Made by a program: the position numbers and the translations under genes. A stretch of 64,000 nucleotides of DNA from Lytechinus pictus (lineage: Eukaryota), in the NCBI RefSeq assembly GCF_037042905.1, contig NC_087252.1:13828001-13892000 (forward strand), written 5' to 3'. Each line of letters starts with the position of its first letter. Within the stretch, counting starts at the first letter, position 1. Below are positions 1-13,500 of the stretch, piece by piece. The notes under the pieces were generated by a model. It did no database searches, was not told where the DNA came from, and worked only from the letters and a program-made list of their open reading frames with translations.

Positions 1-847
1 GCAAGATCCCGAAGTCAATTTCGCTTGACGGAATTATAAAGTAGGTAAAAGGTTTCGCTGGTATCGCGATCTCAAAATTCCATGGCGATCGACTAGCGCG
101 CGCGCTTGGCTGAAAAAGTGTCATAAAAAAGTGTGACCTTAATTTTCGCACGATCGTTGTGCAGAGCCTCAGAAACCAAATCAAGCAAACACAGGTATGA
201 TAATTGTATCAGATGGAGGTTAAAATGCCATAAATTTGGTTAGTATCACAATTTACTTACTCATTTGGAGACATCTGAGTGCAAACTGGCAATTTCTTGG
301 TGCTTGTTGAGAAGATCGGATTTTCTCGAAGCGGACGCAAAAGGTAACAAAATTTGCCGATGTTTTGCCATTATTTTCACAGACTGAGACCTCATACCCT
401 CAAGAAAATTACTATACTGATTAATTTTGGGTCGCTTTTTCTGTTGGTGATATCAGTTTTTTCAAGGTATTGATTAGATATAGAAATATTCGTCCGTGCG
501 CAAATTTAGGTAACGCGCGAATTAAGGTCACACCACCATACTTTCATGAAAAAAAAATAATCGTGACTTATGATTGTAATTATTATTGCTCTAATGTGAA
601 AGAAAAAGGTGGTGGGAGGTAGCAAGTAGGTTCAGTCTCCGTCTAATAATAGCCAAGCTTCCCACCTTTTAGCTGGTCGAACAGCAAGGCTCAAGGCTCA
701 ATCAATAATAGGCAATATTATCGAAAATAATGAAAGCATGCCACAAAACAATCAAAACAAACCTGCATCAAAAGCAAACTAAATGAATTCAGTACGGTAA
801 CATAAATACACACACAAATAAAAGGAATTCTGTTATTTAAGCTAGTA

Positions 848-1095
848 CCGGTGTGTTAGCTCAGATGGTAGAGCGTCCGCCCCACAAAAGGGAAGTCGGG
901 AGTTCAAACTCCGGCCGCGTCAGACAAAAAAAATCGTTAAAAGATGGGGTTTCTGCTGCACTGTTTGGCATCCATCGATTTAAAGGAAAGAGCAACGTCT
1001 ATCAGGCGCTGCTCAGTAGCTGCTCATGGCCCATGATCGATCGGGCAAAAATGAATTTGGGATTATTTTTATTTCGGATGTCGATCAATAAAATA
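848..1095 (+). mobile_element. tRNA-derived SINE
   Basis: Pol III A-box (TAGCTCAGATGG) and B-box (GAGTTCAAACTC) head with an imperfect cloverleaf, followed by about 170 bp of non-tRNA body ending near AATAAAAT. Confidence 0.7.
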
Positions 1096-2009
1096 CGTGT
1101 TTTATTTAATCAAAATGATGTAGAACGGAAAGTAAAATCGTGTTTATAGGCGGACATTAAAGTGTGTACCATTGAAGAGTGGAGGGACCGGGGGTGTTCA
1201 GTATCTTACAAACAGAGCAAAGTTCCCTATTTTAAAGGTGGCTCCAGTGTAGCTTTTGATTGCCTTTTTTAAAAATCTTCGAGTAAAACTTTTTTTCTGA
1301 TCATAGTGTAGAATTATAAATGAAATAGCCTATATGGAATTGCTATATGGAATTATGACTGAACAAATGAAGAAAAATGTGACCAAACACTGAAAATTTG
1401 ATCAAAATCGGACAAGAAAATACGGTTCCATCCACGTAGGCTATTCATGAATATTCACGAGCAAATTGTTGATGTCACATCCCATCTTGTTTTTTTTAAT
1501 GTTATTATTTTGTCCTCCAAGAATAAAAAAAAGCTTGGCGACTTATTTCATAAGGGAGGCATGATATCATACACACATGTATGAAAGTATGTATGAAAAT
1601 ATGAAATAACTATGATTTCATGTTATACAAGAAAAGGGAAGGTGGGGATTTGACATTATTAGCCCACCTAATAAGTATTTATGACGATGTGCATACATGT
1701 ATAAGTATTTTCACAAAATATTTTTTAAGTTTCAAGTTCAATGTCCCCGTTATTTCTTATTTGAATTTTGCTTTCTGAATTTCACTCCATTTATTGAGAT
1801 ATAATTCTTTTCAGCCGGAGTACACCCTTGAACAGAAGAGGTGTGTTGAATGGTAGTCTTTTGTTCAAGTGTTAAATGATTGTAGACATATGTGACAAAT
1901 CGATAATTTTTCTTGCGAAATTTCTCTTTGTACACAACGTTTGAGGTGTGTCATTAGAAAGCCTTTTTTATAATAATACCTAGTTACTATAATGATTATT
2001 ATTATCCCG

Positions 2010-2192
2010 GTGGGTGTTTCATAAAGTTGTTCGTATAAGTTAAGGACGACTCTAAGAATGAGTGGTAAACCTTCGTTACGCGCGAAATAATCACCAATGC
2101 ACATTATGGTGAATATCATTTACCACAAGAAAGAATCACCAGCGGTTCTTACGTCACTCATAACCTACGAATAGCTTTATGAAATAGCATCC
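2010..2192. mobile_element. Short MITE, same family as 61075-61248 (PIF/Harbinger-like)
   Basis: Ends GTGGGTGTTTCATAAAG ... GCTTTATGAAATAGCATC; the interior resembles the better-preserved copy at 61075. Confidence 0.55.
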
Positions 2193-2342
2193 GGTCCACT
2201 TTCAATATACAGGCCTAATGTCTCTTTTACACGAATCGTTTTTGTTGTGGGGTATCATCTCAATATGTCCGTAATTGAGAATTAACTTATTTACATATGT
2301 TATAAACATGTGATTTGAAATTCATTGTGAAAATGGTAAATA

Positions 2343-2345
<3 letters not shown>

Positions 2346-2378
<33 letters not shown>
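2346..2378. repeat. (TA)n microsatellite
   Basis: Pure AT dinucleotide run read directly. Confidence 0.95.
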
Positions 2379-2379
<1 letters not shown>

Positions 2380-4844
2380 CAGGTGTGAGTATTATATATT
2401 ACATTCAATGTGTAAACATAAAATTTGGTTCGTTTGGTGTATGATTCCCGATCTTATCAGGTTGGTGCGTCGGACAGCTATCAGGTTATTTGGTGGAAGT
2501 TATAAGTATCTGAATAAAAAAGAAACATTAGGCGTATTTTAAAGTTTGTATTGCTTATATCATTTTGTGTGACTATGTGCAATGAGAAATTATTTAGCTC
2601 GGATGCATCATCCACGTGCCTCCCATTCGGACGACATTCCTGTGGATATTCCCTTTGGTTACAACGTTCTGTGTACATATACCTTCTCCTAGAGATATTC
2701 CCGACCATTCGTTGGAAGAACGCGAACGCTTATTTACGACGTTAGTTGATTTTGGAGGAGACTTTTGGGCCCGTCATCATGGTCGTAAAATTCTGTACTG
2801 CAATGCAAATTGTGTGACATGAGATTTTTTTCGTTTCGCATCTGGAACGGAAACATTCAATTTGCGTTTCGTGTGCTAAATTCTGGTTGCTACTATGGTA
2901 ACAGCGATATATCCGATCGAGGACGACTTTCCAAAGCCACATTTGGTGCCTCCCAGAGCTCGAGAGGCCGCCCGGGGAGCCCACTTCCATTGAAGAGTGG
3001 ATACCAGCCTCGACCACGCGTAAACAGGGAAAGAGTGAGCAAGTACGTTACGTATAGGCCTATGTTACGTGTCAAAAATGATGTTAAAAATACTGAAAAG
3101 GAGGATATGTTTTCAATACTTGTAGGGTTTCGCAAGCTAAATACTTGTGAAGAGATGCATTTTCATAATCTGGAAAAGCCTTGCTTCCCTTGTTTAGGGT
3201 GCTTTTCGAAACCGCATGCATGGTCGTGCCTGGTATCCACTCATCAATGGAAGTGGTCCCCCCGGGAATTCGAATCTAATCCCCAATTTCTGGGGAAAGT
3301 AAAACATAATGCCCATTACATTGTGTGCTATAGAGGCATATCGTTTTTTTTGGAGTAAACAAAAGAAAAAACACGCAAGTACGTGTCCAGACGTATACAT
3401 GATGTGTACATAATCAACGCATGCGAAATGGTTTCAGCTGGAGATGTGATTTGACCCATCGAATCAATTGCCAGAGATCCACCAATAATCCACATTGAAT
3501 GCAATATCGATTGATTGACTGTAATGATCTATATCTAAGCCTTAATTCAGTAACTTTTTCCTCACTCAATATGTACTCGATTTGTTTGAAAAACCACTTT
3601 CTTATCCATCTCATAATCTATTTTAGGTCCTGCATTTCGAATGTCTCCAGACATCAGTCGTAATGTACATGCATGTATGGTGCGGGTGTCGCGGGAAAGA
3701 ATTTTGCACACGAAAAGGAGATATGTAGGGCCTGTAACCCCCCTGTAACACAAAGCTTAGCATTCATTGTAGAGCAGTTTTCTACGTTTGCTTCTATTGA
3801 CTATAATGTACAATCAATCTTAAACATCAAGTGTATGATTAAGCGTTAACTTTTGTGTTAGGGGACCCTAATATTAGCGTCCGTGAGGATTGCGAAATGT
3901 GGCAAATTAGCGATTGAAGAATACGGTAAGTGTATTGGATGTGCTCGTGCTGGGAGGTCTTTGTCAAAGATTAATGAACCGGAACAGAAGTTTCGTCCTA
4001 AGTTTCGCAGTTGAGGAAAAATTTGAAATATGTCGTTTGTCAAGAGTTCAGGACGAAACTGCTGTTTTAATTCACCTATTTTCGACAAAGACTTCTTGGC
4101 TGTTTATTGTCATGAAGGGCCTTTGACAATACGTTTTCAATGTTCTTGAATCCGTCGTGCATCGATGAGCGAAAAATTTTCAGGCGTGGAAGTTTCAGTG
4201 AACGCCAATTAAGTCCCAGTCAAATAAAAACACGGATCCCGAAGGGTCTACACAGCAATTCCCGGATCGAGCCGGCATAATCTACAATGAGCTAGGGGTA
4301 AATTACAAACTCGTCTATTGCCAACTCGCCCACTCATTACATGGTCTACGTTCATTGATTCTAATGCCATTCCGTCTATCAGTATTTCGTCTGATAACCA
4401 TTTGGTCCAATAATCACCGGTTCGTTTATGACATTGTTTCATAACCAGTTGGTCTAATACCCATTTATTTTCAATTTCATTTCGCACAATTAACACTTAA
4501 TCCATTTGACCTATTGGACCAACCCGATATCACACGAATTGTGAGTGGACGAGATGGCAATTATACCCTGTGGATAATGGCATGATTGAGGTAGACCAAA
4601 TGATAGACGAGTTAGTAATTGGACGAATTGGCATTTAAAAAAAAATATGGGGAGGTCCGGGACTGAGTGTCGACGTGTAGACTGCATACAAGACATGTAA
4701 AACGGGCCACAGAAATGGGGGGGGGGGAGGGGGTCTGGGTGGGCCTCATCACCCCCCCCCCCCCACTTTCAAAGCCGTTTCGTGGTCCCGGCATACGGTT
4801 AACACGGCGGTGGCACGGATTGAGCCGGACCAACATGGCATCTG

Positions 4845-5002
4845 GGGAGTGTTTCATCAAAATTTTCATCCGACAAGTTGTCAGATCTGACATCTTTCCC
4901 TGCATGTTGATTGGCTGAAAGGCACTGCTCCTATGGCAACTGTCGGATAAAATGGGACTTGTCGGATAAAACGTCCGACACGTCCTTTCATGAAACGCTC
5001 CC
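4845..5002. mobile_element. About 157 bp MITE (PIF/Harbinger-like), second copy at 22608-22763
   Basis: TIRs GGGAGTGTTTCAT / ATGAAACGCTCCC; flanks CTG and CGG (imperfect 3-bp TSD); very similar interior to the copy at 22608. Confidence 0.7.
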
Positions 5003-5199
5003 CGGATCTACATACACTTACCATCAACCCGGCAGCTACATGGAGCAACAGAGGAACGACTCAAACCATCCCAGATTGCTCTGCAAACAGTAGTCCACAG
5101 ATGACGTTGGATATTTTTCACCTCCCAATTACGGCTATTTGCAATATTTGAGTTCCTTCAGGGTTCATATTTTTGTCGCCGCGGAGGAAAACTATTTTA

Positions 5200-6175
5200 C
5201 AGTGCGTATCAAAAAAAAGTTTACACTTTGAAAAAGCCCTGGGAATTAAAAAAGATACAACATGTGGGTAATTTGTTCACATATAATCTTGGGTTTGGGT
5301 CTCATCTATCCAATGAAAGTAAAATGCTTTGACAGAATGTTACACTTGAGTGAGCACTCCGTTTTTGTATAGCTCGCAGAAATCTGTTTGCGCAGAAATG
5401 CTCGTTTTCACACCGTGTCAAGGGGAAAGGGCGAAATCAAACTTACCCTGCACAACTTTTCTAATACATTACCTTTGCAATTTTAGTCAACTGAAATAAA
5501 ACGGATACATTCAAGCATTTTGTAACAATTTTGCCACCCAAATTGAAATTTCAACACTTAGTAAGCACAACCTTCACCCTTTTTGTGCCAGCTGGATCTG
5601 AGGACATAACTGAATCTGAACAAAAGTTTATATCAGACATCTCCTGCATCTTTTTACTATGTTTTTTATAATTAAAGGTGGGTTTACATTTCATTTTTTA
5701 TTCAATACTTGTTTCCCCACACTTTTTCCAAGCTTGACAATGATTAACTAAATGAAAATCAAGCCTAAGCCATTTCATGTAAATCACAGCTCAGTGTAAA
5801 GCAAATATCGTCTCGATAGCCTAGGTGTGTGGGGGAGTGGGGTGGGGCACAATACACTCTTCAAAGTGTTTTTGGAAAGGAAACAAGATTAAAAAGGTAG
5901 AAGATATCTTCAAATCAATTTTACTAGCTAAATTCCATATGTTCTTCATGTTAATGGTCTACTTTTATTCGCATAACTATTTCAAAGTTATGCGCAAATC
6001 ATTTTTCACTAACTTTTCAAAAGTAAGTGGTGCTCACTCAAGTGGAAATATTTTTCGACAATTATATCGTCATTTGCTTAAATGGATCTGTGCCAATGTT
6101 AAAATGTGGAAAAATCTTCAGAATATGACAAATGTATGATTATACAGGATTTTTTCTAAGTGTAAACTTGTTTTA
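5200..6175. mobile_element. Tc1/mariner-like MITE, right end eroded
   Basis: Starts TA|CAGTGCGTATCAAAAAAAAGTTTACACTT; partial inverted match AAGTGTAAACTTGTTTT near 6158-6175. Confidence 0.5.
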
Positions 6176-6346
6176 GTTCCCCGAGACTTAATATAACTAT
6201 GAAAAGAACATGAAGTGTTATATTGTTACCAAATGGAAATAAATGTAGGATAGGATTATTTCTAGAAAATTTTGCTGCATCACCATTTGATTACAGTTGC
6301 GGACCTCGGTGCGGTATATCCATTGGCTCTTCTCTCGCATCGCTTA

Positions 6347-8204
6347 TAGGCGGATCCAGGGGGCGAGGGACCCCCCCCCCCCCCGTATTAACGGTGCCCA
6401 AAAAGGGGAAGAAAAAAGTGAAGGGAAAGGAGAGAAGAAAAAACGAAAAGGAAACATAAGAGGAAGAAGAGGAGTGAATAAAATAAGATTAGGGGAAGAT
6501 TTGGAAAATAATTGTTAAAATCTTTCCTGTCACTATTTAATTTGTTCGCTCGCGCTTCGCGCTCGCATTGCCTTTCTAGGTGATTTACAAATATGGAGCT
6601 TAAAATAAAACATTTTTGAGTCAATAAACAAAACATGTTTCAGCTCGGAAATCGAACTTTCGTTATTTTGTTTGATTTACAAATTGATTTGTTTAAAAAT
6701 GCTCTGTAAAAAAAAAAATATGTTTTATGGTCTGATTATTAACATTTTCTGCTCACGCTGTGCGCTCGCAAAATTTGATTTGTCAGGTATCTACTATTTT
6801 CCTGTATACCATAAAGTCCTCAAATAATCCTATTTAGGTCAGATTGTCAAAACGTTTCAGCTAGCGCTGCACGCTCGAATATTGATTGGTGAGTTATGTA
6901 TATCTCATTATTTATTCTATATTAAATTACTACAAATCCCCTCTAATGACAGTTGATCAAAAATTTCTGCTTGCGATTTGCGCTCGCATTGTTGATTGTT
7001 GAAAATATATTAACTCATTATAACTACAAAAGTGCTACAAATGTCCAGTTTTCAGGCAATAATATTAAAAGACTTCACGCTCTCATTAGGCTTAGATTAA
7101 TAAATGAGATATTAATTCAATATTCAAATCATTCTTTTTTTAGAATGGAATATCGACAAGTTTCATCTCGCGCTTAGGAAGAGAACTAGGAAGATAGTCA
7201 TCATTTTCATATGATGACATAAAGTTCTTAGAATGTCCCGGTCTTATGTCAAAACTCAAAGTAATAGTAATGAAACAGATCCATATCCAACCCACAATTC
7301 TCCTACAAAGTGCTTGAAATACAGAGCTTAAATTTACCCCTTTTCAGATCGGAATATCAAATATTTTAAGTTCGTGCTTCGCACTCGCTTTATTGACTTT
7401 CATCATAAAAAGGGAGTGTAGAATGCCTAGATTCTACTGTTCTAGGTCGAAATCTGGAACACACGCACGCATGGTTATTCAGATACGCAGCTTGTTCTCT
7501 AATGAAATCATTATCCAGTTTCAGATCACAATATCAAAAATTTTCTGCTCGCGCTTTTCGCTCGCATTATTTATGTGGGAAGATTTCCAATTTCTCATCA
7601 TTTTCATGATTTACAAAACATGAATAGAGTGTTTAGGTGTAAATCTAGATACTATTTCCGCCCGCGCTTTGCGCTCGCATCTATATACTTATCATCTTCA
7701 CGATTACAAAAAGTGATTAGAATTTCCATTCTTCTGGTAAAAATGCAAAACATTTTAGCTAGCGCTCCGCGGTGTCATTGTATGATTGTTGAAATAATAC
7801 TTAGCGTCCCCATGGTTAACTGCAAGCAGCCGTTGACAGATCCTTTTTATATCAGATCAAAACATTTTTTTTTTATTGCTCGCGCTTCGCGCTCGCAGTA
7901 ATTATTGGGTTGGATACATATCTCGTTTAGGATCACAAAAATTGCAAAGAATGTTTAAATTTTAGGAAAGAATATGTGAAATTCAAAAAAGTCTCTTGCA
8001 CTTCGCGCTCTCACTGTTTAAATAAGGCTTATGAGATTATTATATATTTAAGTTGATTTATAAGAATGAAGCTTAGAAGTGACTATTAGGACTACCCCTT
8101 CAAAGAAACAGACAAAAAAATCACCTTTGAGCGGCCGATCGGAGAAAATGTGGCTGACACCCCCCCCCCCCCTCCCCTATTGGCGAAGGTTGGATCCGCC
8201 CCTG
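6347..8204. mobile_element. Non-autonomous TIR element rich in CGCGCTTCGCGCTCGCA motifs
   Basis: Ends TAGGCGGATCCAGG ... TGGATCCGCCCCTG with subterminal G/C runs; related interiors at 22764-24245, 30953-32298 and, inverted, 35268-43850. No TSD found. Confidence 0.6.
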
Positions 8205-10498
8205 TTTGGCCCTGCATGCACACGATTACGTGCATTATTTGTATAATGTTCATGACGACTTGTATCAAAGCACAATGTTTTGAATGTGTTTTTAACTCCC
8301 ATTTTGAAATCGTGTTAACCGACAGTATCGGTAGCTAGGAAAGGTGTGTTATAGGTCCAACTCCCCCTATAACAAGACGTATCCTGTCTCCAACATTCAC
8401 GTAAATTGTGTAAACCAGGCTAGCATTAATTTATTTTCAAAATCTTTTATTATTTTTATTGTTGGGGGGAGGGGTCCTATTATTGAAAGTGGACCTCTAT
8501 AGTTCATGATTAGGTCCATTATTTACAACATATTTGGATTGTTTTATTCTAAAACGAACTTAATACACATTTATCGTTTTATATCAATTTAAAAGTTTAT
8601 AAGGTTTCCAAGAGTGCTCAATGCCAGTGCAGATCAATATGCATATATATTATGTGTAACGATATTATATTATATAACGTTCCAGCTAGCGCTGCACGCT
8701 CGAATATTGATTGGTGAGTTATGTATATCTCATTATTTATTCTATATTAAATTACTACAAATCCCCTCTAATGACAGTTGATCAAAAATTTCTGCTTGCG
8801 ATTTGCGCTCGCATTGTTGATTGTTGAAAATATATTAACTCATTATAACTACAAAAGTGCTTCAAATGTCCAGTTTTCAGGCAATAATATTAAAAGACTT
8901 CACGCTCTCATTAGGCTTAGATTAATAAATGAGATATTAATTCAATATTCAAATCATTCTTTTTTTAGAATGGAATATCGACAAGTTTCATCTCGCGCTT
9001 AGGAAGAGAACTAGGAAGATAGTCATCATTTTCATATGATGACATAAAGTTCTTAGAATGTCCCGGTCTTATGTCAAAACTCAAAGTAATAGTAATGAAA
9101 CAGATCCATATCCAACCCACAATTCTCCTACAAAGTGCTTGAAATACAGAGCTTAAATTTACCCCTTTTCAGATCGGAATATCAAATATTTTAAGTTCGT
9201 GCTTCGCACTCGCTTTATTGACTTTCATCATAAAAAGGGAGTGTAGAATGCCTAGATTCTACTGTTCTAGGTCGAAATCTGGAACACACGCACGCATGGT
9301 TATTCAGATACGCAGCTTGTTCTCTAATGAAATCATTATCCAGTTTCAGATCACAATATCAAAAATTTTCTGCTCGCGCTTTTCGCTCGCATTATTTATG
9401 TGGGAAGATTTCCAATTTCTCATCATTTTCATGATTTACAAAACATGAATAGAGTGTTTAGGTGTAAATCTAGATACTATTTCCGCCCGCGCTTTGCGCT
9501 CGCATCTATATACTTATCATCTTCACGATTACAAAAAGTGATTAGCATTTCCATTCTTCTGGTAAAAATGCAAAACATTTTAGCTAGCGCTCCGCGGTGT
9601 CATTGTATGATTGTTGAAATAATACTTAGCGTCCCCATGGTTAACTGCAAGCAGCCGTTGACAGATCCTTTTTATATCAGATCAAAACATTTTTTTTTTA
9701 TTGCTCGCGCTTCGCGCTCGCAGTAATTATTGGGTTGGATACATATTTCGTTTAGGATCACAAAAATTGCAAAGAATGTTTAAATTTTAGGAAAGAATAT
9801 GTGAAATTCAAAAAAGTATCTTGCACTTCGCGCTCTCACTGTTTAAATAAGACTTATGAGATTATTATATATTTAAGTTGATTTATAAGAATGAAGCTTA
9901 GAAGTGACTATTAGGACTACCCCTTCAAAGAAACAGACAAAAAAATCACCTTTGAGCGGCCGATCTGAGAAAATGTGGCTGACACCCCCCCCCCCCCCCT
10001 CCCCTATTGACGAAGGTTGGATCCGCCCCTGTTTGGCCCTGCATGCACACCATTACGTGCATTATTTGTATAATGTTCATGACGACTTGTATCAAAGCAC
10101 AATGTTTTGAATGTGTTTTTAACTCCCATTTTGAAATCGTGTTAACCGACAGTATCGGTAGCTAGGAAAGGTGTGTTATAGGTCCAACTCCCCCTATAAC
10201 AAGACGTATCCTGTCTCCAACATTCACGTAAATTGTGTAAACCAGGCTAGCATTAATTTATTTTCAAAATCTTTTATTATTTTTATTGTTGGGGGGAGGG
10301 GTCCTATTATTGAAAGTGGACCTCTATAGTTCATGATTAGGTCCATTATTTACAACATATTTGGATTGTTTTATTCTAAAACGAACTTAATACACATTTA
10401 TCGTTTTATATCAATTTAAAAGTTTATAAGGTTTCCAAGAGTGCTCAATGCCAGTGCAGATCAATATGCATATATATTATGTGTAACGATATTATATT
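6851..10498 (+). repeat. Direct tandem duplication, two units of about 1.82 kb (6851-8671 and 8676-10498)
   Basis: ORF track repeats at a 1825 offset (6953/8778, 7393/9218, 7575/9400); roughly ten differences seen by eye plus a poly-C length change. Confidence 0.95.
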
Positions 10499-10588
10499 GT
10501 TGGATACACATGGAGAGACAAAAGCGACAAACAGTATATCTTTGTCTCTTTTGCGTGTGAGTGTGTGTGTGAGGGTGTGTGTGTGTGA

Positions 10589-13500
10589 TTTAACAAGAAA
10601 TTTGATGGATTTTTAGATAGATTCGGTTTAGAAGATATATGGAGGAGGATGAATCCTGAAAAGAAACAATTTACATTCAGGCAAAAATGTCCTATTATGC
10701 AAAGTCGATTGGATTATTGGTTCGGGTCCTCTGCTTTTCAGCATTTAGTTAATAGTTGTGATATTGTAACATCAATGACGCCAGATCATTCGGGCGTTAT
10801 GCTTCAATTAACAAGCAGTGTAGACAAGCCACACTTAGGCAATTCATATTGGAAGTTCAACAATAGTCTGTGCGCAGATCAGGAATTCGTGAATTTATTC
10901 AAAGATAAAATAGTTGAATTAAAAAAAGAATGGCTCCCGTAAATAGAGGATAAATTATTGTTGTGGGATTTTTTTAAAATGAAAATGAGGGAGATTATTA
11001 ATAAGTACACAAAGAAAAAAACAAAGCTTAGGAAACATGAAATTGAAAAATTAGAGGAAGATATAAGAAGTTTGGAAATCCACCTATCGACTCAGCCTTC
11101 GAGGAAAATACTTGATGAAATGGAGGAGAAAAAGTCTAAATTGAACAGATTGTTTGATTATAGCCGACAAGGTGTAAAAATCCGATCAAGAGCTTTTTGG
11201 TTTGAGGAAGGAGAACAAAAAACACAATATTTTGAACAGTTATTAAAATCAAATAAACGGAAAAGTGTAATAAAAGAAATATATGATCAAGGTGAACAGA
11301 CTATAAAAGATAGGAGTGAAATATTGAAGAAGATAAAGTCATTTTACGAAAAATTATATTCATTGAATGAAGTGATTGTAAATGAAAACTCTTTTTTCCT
11401 GAAGGATATTCCTAAATTATCCAAAGAAAGTCGAGATATTTGTGAAGGTTAAATCACTATTCAGGATTGTTTAAGTGTTTTGAAAGAAATGAAATTTAAT
11501 AAAACCCCTGGAAACGACGGTTTTACTGTTGAATTTTATTACACCTTTTGGAATTTATTGGGGGGACTTTTGGTGGAAGTGTTAAATGAAGTGTATAATA
11601 GGGGATTATTAGCAACTTCACAAAGGCAGGGAGTGATTAGACTATTAGAAAAGGAAGGCAAAAACCCTTTATACATTCAAAACTATAGACCAATCACGCT
11701 TTTAAATGTTGATTACAAGATTTTTTATCAAAGGTATTAGCGAAAAGATTGAAAAAGGTTCTGAATGAGATAATTCATATTGATCAAATAGGGTATGTTG
11801 AAAATAGGAACATTGGAGATGGGGTGAGATTAATCGATGATATTTTATTTCAGTCCTCTTTTGGAAATATTGGATATTTGATCACGGTGGACTTTGAAAA
11901 GGCTTTTGATTCTGTTTCCCATGATTTTCTTTTTCAGACTCTTAAATTATTTGGATTTGGCCAGTCTTTCTGTTCTTGAGTTCGTGTTTTATATACAGAT
12001 ATAACTAGTTGTATTATGAATGGAGGTTATTTTGATATAAAACGAGGGGTAAGACAGGGGGACCCCCTTTCTCCTTATATGTTTTTGCTGTGTATAGAAA
12101 CACTAGCTTTGGCAATAAGAAGAGACGCTCTAGTTGAAGGAATTCAGTTTGGATCTCATGAAATTAAGCAAATATTGTATGCCGATGATATCACTCTGTT
12201 TGTTAAAAATAGCAATTCTGTTAAACGGCTTAAATATCTTTTGGAAGAATTCGAAAAAGTGAGCGGTCTGAAGATAAACAAAGGGAAAACAAACTTTTTT
12301 TGGATGGGAAAAGATCAAGACAGAACTCAAACTCCGCTATTTAGAAATTTGGTTCAGCAAATTAAAATCTTAGGCGTTTATTTCTCTCTAAATGTAATAA
12401 TAAAAGAAGATCTAAACTTCAAAGAGATACTTAGCAAAATAAAAAAGACTCTTGGGATGGTGGAAACATAGGGATCTAACCCTAATGTGTAAAATACATT
12501 TGTTGAAAAGTTATGCATTATCAAAATTAAATTACATCTCGTCACTTTTAGTTGTTCCTAACTGGTTGTTCGTTGAGGTGGAACGGATCACTTTTGAGTT
12601 TTTATGGTCAGGTAAAAACCGTATAAAGAGAAACATTATGTATCAGGATTACTCACACGGTGGGTTAAGAATGATGAATTTTAAGTTGTTCATAAAGGCC
12701 CAACGTCTAATGTGGCTGAAACGTCTATTATACGGGGAACGCAATGCTGGTTGGAAATTGTATTTTGATTTCTGTTTTAGATCACTCGGTGGGAGACTGT
12801 TATTTCTATGCAATTTTGATATTTGCAAATTAACACAGACAATGCCACAATTTTATTCTGAAATGCTGAAGGCTTGGCAAGATATGAGAAAATATAGATA
12901 TACAAAAGAGGAAGTAAACCCGATTATATTTAATAATAAGAATGTATGTGTAAGAGGTAAAATGATTTTTGATATTGATCTTTATAATAAGGGAATATAC
13001 ACTGTAGATCATATTTTTGATAACGGGGTTGTGAGACCTGTGGCTTATTTTCAAAATCTTGGGGTAACCGCAGATGAACTGCTCCACATTATTGATATAG
13101 TACATGCTATTCCAACTACTTGGAAAAATGCCTATAGCTCTATTAAATTTATAAAGATTGACGATGAGAACTTCAATGTTAATTTGAATATCAGTAAGCT
13201 GGAAACTACTTTTGAGGTGATTAAATCAAAAACGATTTATAGTTGTTTTGTTGAAAATTTACGGGAAACTTATAATTTAACATTGAAATATAAAAACATT
13301 AATTTGAATTTTACAGATGTTGAAATGTGTAATAGGCTTGCCCAAACCAAGAGCATAACTTTGATTAGGAAACAAAGAGAATTCCAGTTCTTACTTTTAC
13401 ACGGGGCGATTTATACCAAAGAACAGTTATTGAGATTTGGGTATGTTAAAGACAGTTTATGCTCTTTTTGTGGCAGAGAAACCGAATCATACATTCATAT

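Noticed and set aside
848..920. Functional tRNA gene (also 59234-59299)
   Set aside because: Stems pair poorly and each head continues into a SINE-like body.
2810..3358. 182-aa ORF as a gene
   Set aside because: No recognisable domain, non-ATG start in the track, and the 3' half looks intronic.
6953..9726. Duplicated ORFs as a duplicated gene pair
   Set aside because: Chance ORFs in non-coding MITE sequence copied by the tandem duplication.
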